DNA from: Lama glama
Taxonomy: Eukaryota
NCBI GenBank assembly: GCA_028534125.1
Contig: CM052816.1
Coordinates: 64,606,001-64,670,000, forward strand
Direction of reading: 5' to 3'
DNA: 64,000 nucleotides
Positions within the stretch are counted from its first letter, which is position 1; each line of letters starts with the position of its first letter. Below, one piece after another: positions 1 to 13,400 of the stretch. The translations under genes were made by a program, and so were the position numbers. A model generated the notes under the pieces. The model was not told where the DNA came from and did not search any database. It worked only from the letters and a program-made list of their open reading frames with translations.

Positions 1-900
1 GCCTGTAACGGTATCTTCCAACGTCAATCGGAAAGAGTCTGTGTTCAATGGAATGCCAAACAGTACTGCCAGACATTTACTTTTATAAAAAGAGATTGCT
101 ATGTTTGCATTGTTCTGTTAATAGCATGCTAACAAGTATGTTTCCTGTAGGGTCACTAATGGACAGAAAAAATTCATAATAAAGCAGTGAATAGTGGACA
201 GCCATTCATGCTCTACTGGTCTACAGTTACTAGAGAGAAGAACAAGTAAGTTCTATAATCTTAGGCAGCTATAAAAAAAGAATACTCTCTTGTTAAAGCT
301 CAAGAGAATCTGAAGAGGGAATAAAAGAGGAAAAAGTCAGACAGATTATGCTGTCAATTTTAGTTGTCATAATGTGCTTCAGAGATAAAACATTCCTCTG
401 AATGGCAATTGAACAGATGGAAATTTTCATTTTTGGTTAACTGGATGGAAGAATTGGACCAGTACCTAAAATGACATTGAAATGAAGCTCAAACCCCCTC
501 CCACAAGAAGGAAACAGATGCATCACTCCAGATACAAAATAAATTATTGAACAGTGCATATATTATATTGGCATCATTGTATCCAACTGTACATCTGCAC
601 AATGTTTTAGTCTCCTGGTGAGAGAACAGACATTTCTGAAAGGGAAAATAGGCAACTATTGAAGTGAATCTGATAAGTATACCATTTGGGTAAGAAAAGC
701 CAAACAACACTTCACTGAATTTGAAGTTATTCATGCTGAGATGAAAAAAGAACCATAAATTATACTGATTTCAATGCCCTTCAACTTATACACTGATTTA
801 AATATAGTAGACTTAGAAATATAAAACCACATTTTGAAGATTTTTATAATCTTAAATCAGAATGAATTTAAAAAAATGTATTACTAAAGACTCTAAAAAT
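1..900 (+). mobile_element. Ancient decayed hAT (Tip100-like) DNA transposase fossil
   Basis: Frameshifted peptide remnants in the expected order: NIPLNGN*TDGNF (389-427), SLQIQNKLL (523-549), AQCFSLLV (597-620), TDISERE (626-646). These resemble the hAT motifs xIPLRGH..GNF, SPxIQNELI and FSxxxDETTDISxxEQ. Boundaries approximate. Confidence 0.6.
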
Positions 901-3439
901 GTTAGGGTTGAATACCCTCCTTGCTCGAGTTGACAGAGAAGGGAGTGACATTAAACTAAAACTACATTCCTTATCTTAAACTATGACTAGAGAGAATTCA
1001 CAGAATAGTTAACTAAAATGAGACCTATCTGATGATCTAAAGTTAATAACTGATCCTATGAATTGTGAGCTAAGGAAATGAACTCCTTTTTTACTCTTTT
1101 GTAAGTTCCAATTCCACTATCTGACAATACTGTCCTGGTTGGTACATTCCCACTGCTTTCCTAGCCAGCTGTTGCTCGTTGCTAGAGCTGATCCACGCAA
1201 GCTGCTTACACCATCCTACACTTGCACCTCAGTCTTCCTATCCATCCTTTCTACTCTTCCCCAACTCATTAAATCCTCAGTCCAGCTGCAGAGAAAACAT
1301 GAGGTACCAGTTTTAGAAGGTAGGTAAACAACCAGGTTTGGTTTCCATTTTGTTTTAAGATATAATCTGGGTTGGGACTGGACCAGCAACACTCCTGCAT
1401 TATAAGGTGACTGTATATAAGAAGGTCTGATCAGGGGATGTAGATGATGCCTGAGGATGCCAGCAGAATAAATTCTGAGGTTAGAACCTAAAAGAGAAAG
1501 AGGCAAAAGGAAAAAATATTTCTATTATAAAAAGATTTTATGGTTAAATAATAGAAATTTTGACTTTATTTATTGAGTCATTCATCACAATGTAATGAGA
1601 TTTCACTAAATATGTAAAGTGATAGAATATTTTATCAGATATGACTTCCGATCAAACTATATTTAATAAGGATTCACCATCTTGAAGAATAACTGCATAG
1701 TCTATAGTCTTACAAGACTATTAGAATAGCACAGGTGAGAAAAAAAGCTCAGTGCAATCCCACAAAATATTAATGGAGAGCAGATATCATGGGCACAATG
1801 AATTATGATCTGTACTAGTGTACAGTATTCAGTGGTATTCCCTCTAGAAATAAAGTTGCACAGGGAAGTCATTCTTTGCATTCTCCCAATCATTTTTAAA
1901 CACAGGCAAATGTGAAACAGAGCTCATTAAAGATATAGAAAGACAAATATAACCTGAAAGTAAAAGTATAAGGAGGTTGGGCCCATCTGGACTTATTAGA
2001 CAGAGAAAAGCCTTGAGGGGAATAGCTGGAAATGTGGGATAGGAGAAATAGTTAGAAGGTAATTGGGAAAGGGGAACTCGAGTTGGCTCCCTCCCTGGGG
2101 TGTTTCTGCCAAGGAAAGAGAATAAGAATAGAACCTTCAGGAATAGTATCATGTGGTGGCTGGATGCCCAAAGAGAGTCTGTTGCTAGAAAAAGGCCATG
2201 GTATATAATATGGTAATGATTCACATAAGAATAAAAGAAAGAAGTGGACCAGAAATCATATTTTGTCCCTCTGACTCATTCAAATGCTCTATGTTTGCAG
2301 CCACTCTATTATCCACTGTTGGCTGTAATCTCTCATTGTCATTCTGTAATCATTCTTAAACTAATAAGAGCAGAGATTTAATTTAAAAGTTAACCTAAAA
2401 CAAAAGGTTTCAGAAAACATTTTACATATCCTGGTGCTTTATGGTCAGTGGTCGTTGGACTAAGAGATTGATGGATCATCACCACTGAGCCAGGTGAAAA
2501 CTTGTAATCCAGGGGGCAAGAGAACAGGTAGAAGTCTCAGCTCTTCCTAATGAGGGCAGAAAGAGCACCAAAACGGCTATAACCAAAGGAAGCAGTGTGT
2601 TTTCAATTCACCTCCAGCTGCATTTCATTGTCATTAGAGACAGATACTTAAAATTCCTATTTTGATACTGTATGTTCTCTTATCAAACATAGTATCAGCA
2701 TATCATTTATTGACTTTAAACATGAAATAAGCTAATTTATGAATAAAGCATTTCTTAACATGGTTTAGAAAGTGTTGAAAGATAACCTTTGAACAGTTAA
2801 GTACATACAGAAACTCTGGCAAGTCTGAAGGGAGGCTGGATTTACCTAAATGTAAAGCCTCAAATGGGGCAGAGAAAAGCTGAAGTGCTAATAATTAAAC
2901 CGTACGTGGCAAATGAATGTTAAACTTACCCATCTCTCATTAAAAAGGAGCACTAGAGACTAAAGCTCTTCTAATCCCTTTGTTCATCTTTTTTGTTGGG
3001 CAGATGATTAGCACATTTTCAATGCTGACAAATTACATACTCTGTTAAACACTGGATCCTTCAACACTATGAAGTTTTATTATACTCTTTAGCAATCATT
3101 TGCAACAATTTTAATTTTTTCTTCTATCATGTTGTCTTCTAACATTTTTTATTTTTCCCCATCAAAAATCATTATGCAAATCTTAGCCATAAAAGAAAAA
3201 AATTCCCTCAATCTGGAATGCTAAACATTGTTAGCTTTTCTGTAAAAGGCAAATAACAGAAGCAAACACCACTGCATACAAGGTAAAATAAGAGAGCATC
3301 TAGTTTTTTGAGAACTTTCTCTAAATAGTCCCGAAATAAAGTACTCTGACTCTGCAGCAAACATTTTCCAAAATACGTTGTACTTGAAGATGCTGACAGT
3401 TACAGCATTATCCCTGTGTACTAGTGTAGTTACTTACCC

Positions 3440-4630
3440 TTTTTTAAAAAACTGAGCCAAAATTCACATAAGACAAAATTAACTATTTTAAATTGCACAA
3501 CTTAGTGACATTTAGTACACTCAAAATGTTGGGCAAACACCCTCTCTGTCTAGTTCCAAAGCATTTTCATCACCCCAAAAGAAAACCCCATAACCATTAA
3601 GCAGTCACTCCCTGTTCTCCCCTCCCCCTAGCCCCAGCAATCTGCTTTCTATTTCAATGGATTTACCTATTCTGGATATTTTCATATAAATGGAATCATA
3701 CAATATATGACCTTTCATGTCTGGATTCTTTCATCTAACATACTACTATGTTCAAAAGTTCATCCATATTGCAGCATTTATCAGTACTTCATTCTTTTTT
3801 AAGGTTGAGTAATATTCACAGTGTTTTTCTACTCATCTGCTGATGAATATTTGGGTTGTTGTCCCCCTTTGGCTACTGTGAATAGTGCCATTAACATTCG
3901 TGTACAAGTTTCTGAGTACCTGTATCAATTCTTTTGGATATGTACTTAGGAGTACTGCTCACTTAGGCAGCACATATACTAAGATACACACTTAGGAGTA
4001 GAATTGCTAGGTCATATGGTAATTCTATGTTTAACTTTTTGAGGAACCACCAACCTGTCTTCCAGAGCAGCTGCACCATTTTACATTCCCACCAGCAATG
4101 TATAAGGGGTTCCAATTTCTTCATATCTTTGCCATCATTTTTTATTTTGCATTTTTTTGATTACAGCAATCCTAGTGGTTGTGAAATGGTATCTTACTAT
4201 TGTTTTGATTCTGTAGGCTGACTTTTCACTTTGTTAGTAACATCTTTTTATGAATATAAGTTTTCAATTTTAAAGCCCAATTTATTTATTTTTTGTTGTT
4301 GTAGACTGTGCTTTCAGTGTCATATCTAAGAATCCACTGCCAAATCCAAGGCCATGAAGATTTGCCCCTAGGTTTTCTTCTAAGAGATTTATAGTTTTAG
4401 TGACCACATTTAGATGGTTGATTCATTTTGAGTAAATTTTTATATGTGGTGTGAAGCGTAAGCCCAACTTCATTCTTTTGTATGTGGGTATCTAATTGTG
4501 TCAGCACCATTTGTTGAAGAGACCATTCTTTCCCCCACTGAATGGTCTTAGCAACCTTGTTGCACATAATTGGCCATGGATGTATGGGTTTATTTCTGAC
4601 TCTCAGTTCTAATCTGTTGGTCTGTAGTTA
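3440..4630 (-). mobile_element. Old L1 (L1M-type) 3' end and 3' UTR, antisense
   Basis: Typical antisense L1 text: ctagttccaaagcattttcatcacccc, ggtcatatggtaattctatgtttaactttttgaggaac, cagcaccatttgttgaagagac. ORF 4027-4221 is the usual antisense L1 peptide. Confidence 0.85.
3955..3982 (+). pseudogene. 3'-truncated U6 snRNA retro-fragment (~28 nt) with target-site duplication
   Basis: CTGCTCACTTAGGCAGCACATATACTAA versus the U6 5' end GTGCTCGCTTCGGCAGCACATATACTAA (25/28). Flanked by GATATGTACTTAGGAGTA (3937-3954) and GATACACACTTAGGAGTA (3983-4000). Confidence 0.8.
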
Positions 4631-6233
4631 CTCATTTACACTATATATTTTCCTATATACTCAAAGCTTAACTACAAAAGAGTTTGGATAAGAAACACTA
4701 CTTTTAAGATCTTTAGTTTGATCCCACTAGACTGACATGCTTTCTCAAAAGCAAGCACTCTTGTGACCTGAGTTATATCTCTGGTAGGGATGATACCCTG
4801 AGCTGGCACTGATTTTAAGCGCCCTCTTCCTGGAGCTGACACAAGGAAAGATGGAGGCTCCTGAGATTCCTGCAAATCAATTTCAGGCACTCCTCACCAT
4901 AAACATATGTGGCACTGAGACAGCACAATCAACCTTCCTCTTTGCATAGTCCATCATCACTGGGAGCAGAAAGGGTGGTAAAAGAGGGAAAAGGTGACAA
5001 AAAGAAGGCACAAGCTTCTATTCTCAGGAGACCTGTATCACTTACCAGCCATAGCTAATAAACTTCAGCCAAGTGACCAAGAAGCCAGTTTACCACATAC
5101 CTACAGGCACCTGCAGTGATTACTAGCAACCCCACAGCCACAGATACTGTAAAGATTTCATTGGAAAGTGTGTGAGCACTTGGTGTTTGCTGCAAATGAA
5201 AATGACACGCATGTTCTCTTGATTTATTAATTCAGGAAACATAGAATTTATCAAACATGCCTACATGGAAATAGACAAATTAAAAAAGTGAAGGAGTAAA
5301 ATACTGTTTTATGTTAGTTCCAAAGATGTTTCTTGAATTTATCTTTAAGACTAACTTTCAAGATAGTTTTAAGGAAGAAAAGTCTTAGGAATTATTTTTT
5401 ATCTCCATATTACAAAAAGTAGAGGAAATTACTTTTTCCCTTTTTAAAATTCTCACTAATATTCTAGTAGCTGAAACAGAGAGCCCTGATCGACCAAGTC
5501 CACTGTTCTTGTCAGTGAGTAGTGTTAACTGATTTATTTACAACTCACGGTACATTGACATTAAAAGGTAGGCAGAGGGTCATAAATTTTAAAGCTGTGT
5601 ATGATCATGGAAATAGCCATCATTTTTATTTTTAAGACAGGGAGGTAGCCTCTTTGGTGCCAAAGATGCCATTAGAATTAGATGGTGCTTGAACTTTACT
5701 CAGGATACCAGAAGTTTGTTTCTTTCCTCATATCAGCCAGAGAAGCAGAACTCTTAAGGGCAGCAGCAGAACTGGTCGCCTGGCTGGAAGCTGTCAGCCC
5801 TTGTATCAGGTACAGTGAGAATACGGCTATGCAAAAGGTCTACCCCAGAGTGCCCCAGGATCTAATAATCCTACTTCCTTATGAGAGGCTCTCTGAGTGT
5901 ATAAGGAGTATCTTCTGAAAGGCTGTAAAGAAGAAAATCTTCTACATCTGATAAATCAAAAAGTAGGTGATGAAGGACATATGAGAGGGAAATCTGACTT
6001 ATTTCACCAACCTCTTTTAGGTGGTATATTCCTTAGCACATCTTCTCTTCTTTCTCTCCATATCTCAACAGTAAAGTACCAAGAATACATAACACTGGGC
6101 TAAAAACCAAGAGTCTAGAGTAGCCTCTGAGAAGATCAAATTTAAGGGGTAGAGGAAAGGTCAGGGGTGGAGCAGGGAAAGGCTGCTTTCTAAACTAACC
6201 ACGTTTGTTTAACTCAGATATCAGTCACTTGGA

Positions 6234-6335
6234 GCAGTGCTTCTCAAGCTTTAAAATGCATGTGCATCACCTGTGGATCTTATAAAAATGAATATTTTGA
6301 TTTGGCAGGTCTGCGATGAGGCCTGAGATTTTACA
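6234..6335. mobile_element. MER5-like hAT-Charlie MITE fragment
   Basis: cagtgcttctcaagcttt...atcacctgtggatctt...aggtctgcgatgaggcctgagattt resembles the MER5A end and body. Confidence 0.6.
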
Positions 6336-9300
6336 AGAATGTATAGAAGATTATATCTGACAAAGAAAAAGGTAATTTTCAGAGAGACACTACCAAGACT
6401 CTGAACAAAACTATGCAGTCTATTTTGACCATTCTACTTTCTTTCCCAAGTCTCTCCCCCATTTTACAGTTCCTCATTACTTCTGTATCTAAAAAGTCTT
6501 TCACCTCATAGAGATAAACCTCACAAGTAAGACAGAGGAAGATCTCCTCTCTCCTAAACCTTCTAAAGTAATTTCCAATCTTAACTGATCTTTAATCCAA
6601 TTTGTTATTGGATAAAAGGATATTGTTATCCTTAATGGTTAAAGCAATCCAGACTAAAATGAGAATGATAACTTTACTCCTCTAAAGGGGTACTTGTATT
6701 TTAGATTATCTTATTAACCTACATTAATATCTAGTGGGGAGATTGCTATGTGGAAAATAATTTCGAGATCCTCTGCTCCTTACTCATTTAGTAACTCCAA
6801 TTGGTCTGCTAGGGTTTTAAACACACAGAATCTATATTAAGAATGTGTAGCCTCAAAGCTTCCAATGTCACTTCCTCTACCATGGTAAGTGGCTTCGTAC
6901 TTCATAGTATAATGAAAGCATGAGTTGATCTAGTGCACTCAAATACTTGAAATTTTTAATCATAAATCTCTGAATACAATGGGTTTCCTATATTGAAAAA
7001 TCTCATTTTAATAACAAATTATACAGCAAAAAAAAAAAAAGGAACTTACGAAGGTTTGGTAAGAAATTTTAGAGTTAGGTCATGGTATGGAAAGGAAGCC
7101 AGAGGAAGGTATTACCTGGTGTATAGGATACTATTAGAAAAAAAAATGGGATTTTTGTAGAGAAAGGATGATCACAGAGGTTAGAGTTGAATCACAGTAT
7201 CTTTCACTTTGGAGGGAGCACATGACTCAAACTTCTATGACATCTTTATGGTTTACCCATGAATAACCAAACCCTTTGTGAAGTCTCTGATTCCAACACT
7301 CATGCCTATTCACAGAATAAAATATGTTTTCAGCATGTTGAGAACAAATAAAATTTTATGTCTATTCCACATATTTATTAAACAAAAGGAGTATTTTCAA
7401 AGGTCATAAAGCTACTATATTTCCAAAACAGCAATAATTTCTTATTGCTAAAATAATTTATTTGGAGTTTTCACATATCTTATTTCATAATTTTCAGAAA
7501 ACAGGTATCATTTAAGAATCCTTCAAAATGATACATACTAGAAAGAAAAGGAAATGATCATTAAATTTTTTGTTCCTTTAGTATTTTTCTTAAAGGAAAC
7601 AGCTAAATGTTAACAATAACAATTGCCCTTATTAAAATTAAAGCCTTAGATTTACTGTTTTATTTATTCACTCGAGTTTATAGTTGCCCAAAATGTTCCT
7701 GAATATGTTAGCTTTTCAACAATTTAAGCAGTAGCTACAAATTTAATTCTGCTGACCTAGACTTATTTCTGAGACTCCCAGACTTTAAAATTTTGACCAT
7801 TTTTCATTCCTTCTCTCCCTCAAAAAAGATATAGGTAGGTGCCACTTATTTGAGAGTCACATTAAGTATTCATTTGCCAATAATTTAGCAGGATACTTGG
7901 CAGGTGGCCAGAGAACAAGCCTTTCTCCAACTTGCTAATATCTCATTCAGAGGCTGCTATTTTAGACATTTAAAGCATAATAAAGGTAAGAATAGAAAGG
8001 GAGATCCTGAAAAGATTTTATTTGCTAATGGGTGTAAAATGGTGATCACTGAAATTTTACAAAAAGGGGGAAAGAAAATTTTCTTAGTTGTAAAGAATAG
8101 TGCTTAATTCTTTTATTTTCTAATTAAATTCTAATCACATATCAACAGGTTATCAAGATTCATTTTCCAGCTTATGTATCAAAAGTAAGTTATCTGAATA
8201 GAGCTCAATTAAGTTTTTAACTCTAATGATAGCAGCCTTTTCAGCATACCTAATTTGAACTAAATAAATGGTTATATAGCTGATTAAAATCTTACACTCG
8301 CTTTGACTCATTTTGCTCTCTTATAGCTTCACCAACTGTATTTACAGTATTTCCAATGTTTCAATTATTTTCCTCTTTTGGACATTCTGCCTAGGTGAAA
8401 ACATCTTAGTGAAGTCGCACACAGTTATAAGAATATTGCACAACAGGGTCAGACAGACTCTCTTATGAGTTTCAAGAGACCAGTTGGAAACTACACTGCA
8501 GTCACCAAACCTTTGTGTTGATGAATGTGTGCCACAGTTGTAACACAGTACTGGCTTGCTAGTGTTGGTATATGTCAATGCTTCCATAGTAAAACCTTGC
8601 AGCTTTCAATGTTTTGTGAACTAACTATACAGCTTACTTGGTTCTGATAAATAGAAGATTATTTTCAAAAGAAAAACAGGTAAAGTTGTAAATGTGTGTG
8701 TGTGTGTGTAAACATATATAGTAGTAATTGCACTAAAAAAGGCTCAATTAGTATAAAAGAAGAGTAAAGTATTTATTGTGTGGTACATACTAATAAAAAG
8801 TAGCATACTACAAATCACTTTAAAGATCATTTTTGTTAAACTATACTGGGAAAATATTGCCTGAGTTCTTAGGAGCTTTGGGCCAGTAACAATCCCTTTC
8901 AGATCTCAGCTAGCTCATCTGTCAATGAATAAAAATACTCATTCAAAAGGCCCTCCATTTACAATTCATATCTAAGAGGGAATAATAGTGTCTTAATAGT
9001 GTCTTAAAGTTACACACATGTACAGACTCAGAGACAAACAAGGTTAAAATTTTAAATAACTTAATAATTTCTTTATCTTTCTGCTTCAAGATGGTCATGT
9101 GGTTACTGATATAATAAAACCAGAGTTAAAAACACTTTAATTCTAATATTCTATCAGAGTAATCTTTAGTGTTAAACAGAGATATAAATGAAAAAATGAA
9201 GAAATTATTTAAGTTAGAAATACTTTTTAATATAAATTATGCTAGATTATTCTTAAGTTGCCCTTTGGAAAAGTACAGATGCAAAGCCAATGCTCTCAGG

Positions 9301-10424
9301 CGGAAAATTTAAAGATCCAAGCAAGTGAATCTAACATTCAGAGGAGGAAAATACCTATGTTAAAGTCATGAAGGAAACATATATAAGGTGTCTCTATTAA
9401 TGGATTTAGAGATGAGTGTGCTATCTTACCAGCGAGCACCTGTTTTTGGTACAGGTGGTTGAATGGTCAAAAGAAGTCTTGAGGGTAACAGTACTTTGGA
9501 AAATACAGAAAATACATGTGAGGTGAATGCCTACTAATGATGTGTTCCAAATATCACTTATATTCTGCCTTTCCATAATTCAGGTCATTAATAAAATACA
9601 ATTACATGAGAAAGTCTGCCTAATAAAGGTACATTTCCTACATCTGAATAAATCTTATCATAGATTTGAAGTATTTTGTACATGCTCTAGCTTTAAAGAA
9701 AGTTGATTATTTTAAAAGTTGTATTAAAATGTACATAAGACTTAAATATCTCACTTCTACGTCTAACACCTTCTCCATGGCTCATAATTTGACTTTTGAC
9801 TTTCAATGACAATATGTGCTATTTCCAATGTTTGGGGAATAGCATTTTCAGTTTTTAAAATGTCTTTATTTGATTATATTGTTGTATTTATTTTATGATT
9901 TTGATTACTAATTAAATTACTTGAAACACTTGATTAAAAAGTAGAGCTTAATATCTAAAGTTATATAATTTATGAAAATGACATTTCCAAGAAATAGTCT
10001 TATCAATTTTAAACACATACACACACACACTTCTAATAAATGCCTGGTTTACAGACAATGCTCAATAACTATTAAAGAGATTGAAAGTGGCTGAAGGTGG
10101 TCCTAGTTTTATGGACTGGCCATTTCTTCTTGTATCATACCATCTGCCTCCCTAGACGGCACATAGGAATAAAACAATATATCTGATTACTTTAATTTAA
10201 AAAAACATTGCTAAGAACAGTAGGTTCACTTCAGAAGCAGAAAGGGAGGCCCCAGAAACAACATCTTAGAAAATCAAAATTTAGAGGTAAAACAACAAGA
10301 AATCTTTTAGGGTTAAAGTAAAACCATCACAAGGACTTTTGTATTCTCAAAGCGACTCCTTTTCTCTTTATTCCTCTGCTGCTAAAGAGAGAAAAACAGA
10401 AGTACCACAAGAAAAGAAATGAGA

Positions 10425-13400
10425 TTAACTGCAGCTTTGTAGTATAATCTGAAGTCTGGGGGCACGCTACCTCCAGCTTTGTTCTTTTTTTCTCAAGACT
10501 GCTTTGACAATGCAGGGTTTCTTGTGGTTCCATATAAATTTTAGAATTATTTTTTCCAATTCTGTGGAAAATGTCATCAGTCTTTTGATAGAGATTACAC
10601 TGAATCTGGAGACTGTTTGGGATAATCTGAACACTTTAATATTAATTCTTTCCATCCAAGAGCATAGGATTTCTTTTCATTTCTTTGTATCATCTTCAGT
10701 TTCCTTCATTAATGTTGTATAATTTTTAGAGTATAAGTCTTTTACCTCCTTCATAGACTTACCATATGACCCAGTAATCCCACTTCTGGGCGTATATCCA
10801 GAAAGAACCCTACTTCAAAAAGACACTTGCACCCCAATGTTCATAGCAGCACTATTTACAATAGCCAAGACATGGAAAGAGCCTAAATGCCCATTGACAG
10901 ATGCCTGGATAAAGAAGATGTGGTATATTTATACAATGGAATACTATTTAGCCATAAAAAGACAACATAATGCAATTTGCAGCAACATGGATATCCCTGG
11001 AGAATGTCACTCTAAATGAAGTAAGCCAGAAAGAGAAAGAAAAATACCATATGAGATCGCTCATATGTGGAATCTAAAAAAAAAAAAAGAACATAAACAT
11101 AAATACACAACAGAAACAGACTCACAACATAGAATACAAACTGTGATTGCCAGGGGGGTAGGAAGGGACAGACTGGGAGTTTGAAATTTGTAGATATTGA
11201 CAGGCATACGTAGAATAGATAAACAAGATTATACTGTATAGCACAGGGAAATATATACAAGATCTTGTGGTAGCTCACAGTGAAAAAGAATGTGACAATG
11301 AATATACGTATGTTCATGTATAACTGAAAAATTGTGCTCTACATTGGAAATTGACACAACATTGTAAACTGACTGTAACTCAATAAAAAAAATGTAAAAT
11401 AAAAGCCTTTTACCTCCTTGGTTAAGTTTATTCCTAGGTATTTTATTATTTTTGATGCTATTTTAAACAAGATTGTTTTCTTGCTTTCGCTTTTTGATAG
11501 TTCATTATTAATGTATAGAAAAGCAACAGATTTCTGTGTATTAATCTTATATTTTACAACTTTACTGAAATCATTTGCTAGTTCTAATAGTTTTTGGGTG
11601 GAGACTTTAGGGTAATATATACATAATATAATGTTTTCTGTAAATAGTGACAGTTTTACTTCTTTCCTTCCAATTTGGATATCTTTCTTTTTTTTTTCCT
11701 TTCTGACTGCTGTGGCTAGGACTTCCAATAATATGTTAAACAGAAGTGGTTAGAGTGGGCATCCCTGTCTCATTTCTTACTTTAGAGGAAAGGCTTTTAG
11801 CTTTTCATCATTAAGTATGATGTTAGCTGTGGGTTTGTCATAAATGGACCTTTATTATGTTGAGATATGTTCCCACTATACCCACTTTGATGAGAGTTTT
11901 TATGAATGGATGTTAAATTTTGTCAAATGCTTTTTCTGTATCTATTGAGATGATCATGCAATTTTTTGTCCCTCCTGTTTTTAATGTGGTGTATCACATT
12001 GATCGATTTGCGAATATTGAACCATCCTTGTGTCACTGGAATAAATCCCACTTGATCATGTATGATATTTTTATATATTGTTGAATTCAACTTGCTAATA
12101 TTTTGTTGAGAATTTTTGCAAGTATATTCATTAGAGATGTTCTGTAATTTTCTTTTCTTTCTTTCTTTTTTTTTTTTGGTAGTGTCTTTGTGTGGTTTGG
12201 TATCAGGTTAATGGTGGCCTTGTAGAATAAATTGGGGAGTGTCTCACACTACAGTTTTTTGGAGAAGTTTGAGAAGGATAGGTATTAGCTCTTCTTTATA
12301 TGTTTCGTAGAATTCCCGCGTGAAACCTTCTGATCCTGGACTTTTATTTACTGGGAGGTTTTTTTTTATTATTATAAATTCAATTTTACTACTAGTGATT
12401 GGTCTGTTTAGATTGTCTATTTCTTCCTGATTCAGTCTTGGAAGGTTGCTTGTTTCAGGAATTTGTTCACTTCTTCTAGGCTGTCCAATCTGTTGGTATA
12501 TAACTGTAGTGTTCTCTTAAGATTTTCTTTCTTTCTTCTTTTTTTTTTTTTTTGGTATCTCTGTCATACTGGTTATTTCTCCTGTTTAATTTCTTATTTT
12601 GCTTATTTGGAGCCTCTCTTTTTTTTGATGAGCCAAACTAAAGGTTTATCAATTTTGCTTTTCTTTTCAAAAAAAAAAAACAGCTCTTGGTTTCACTGAT
12701 CTTTTCTATTGTTTTTTTTCCTTTATTTCCTTTCTCCTCTTTTTATTTATTTTATTTCCTCTCTTCTCTTTACTGTTTCCTTGTTTTTGCTCACTTTGAG
12801 CTTTATTTGTTCTTCTTTTTCTAATTCCTTTAGATGATAGGTTTGGTTGTTTGACACTTTTATTGTTAGCCTGTACCACTGTAAACTTCCTTCTTAGAAC
12901 TGCTTTTGCTGCATCCCATTGATTTTGGAAAGTTGTGTTTCCATTTTCATTTGTGTTGAGGTATTTTCTGATTTCCTCTTTGATTTCTTCATTAAACTAT
13001 TGGTTTTTAAATAGCATGTTGTTTAGTCTCCACATTCGTGCTTCCCCGTTTTTCTTGCTGTAACTGATTTCTAGTTTCATACCACTATGGTCAGAAACAT
13101 TGCTTGATATAATTTGTACCATCTTAAATTTATCGAGGCTTATTTTGTGACCTAGCATGTGATCTAAATGGAAAACATTTCATATGCACTTGAAAAGAAT
13201 CTGTATTCTGCTGCTTTGGGATGGAATGTCCTGTAGATTTCTGTTGAGTCCAACTGGTCTAATATGTCACTTAAGATCATTTTTCCTTAGTGATTTTCTG
13301 TCTGGATGATCTGCCCACTAATGTAAGTGGAGTGTTAAAATACTATTACTGCATTACTGTCAATTTCTCACTTTATGTCTGTTAATATTTACTATATGTA

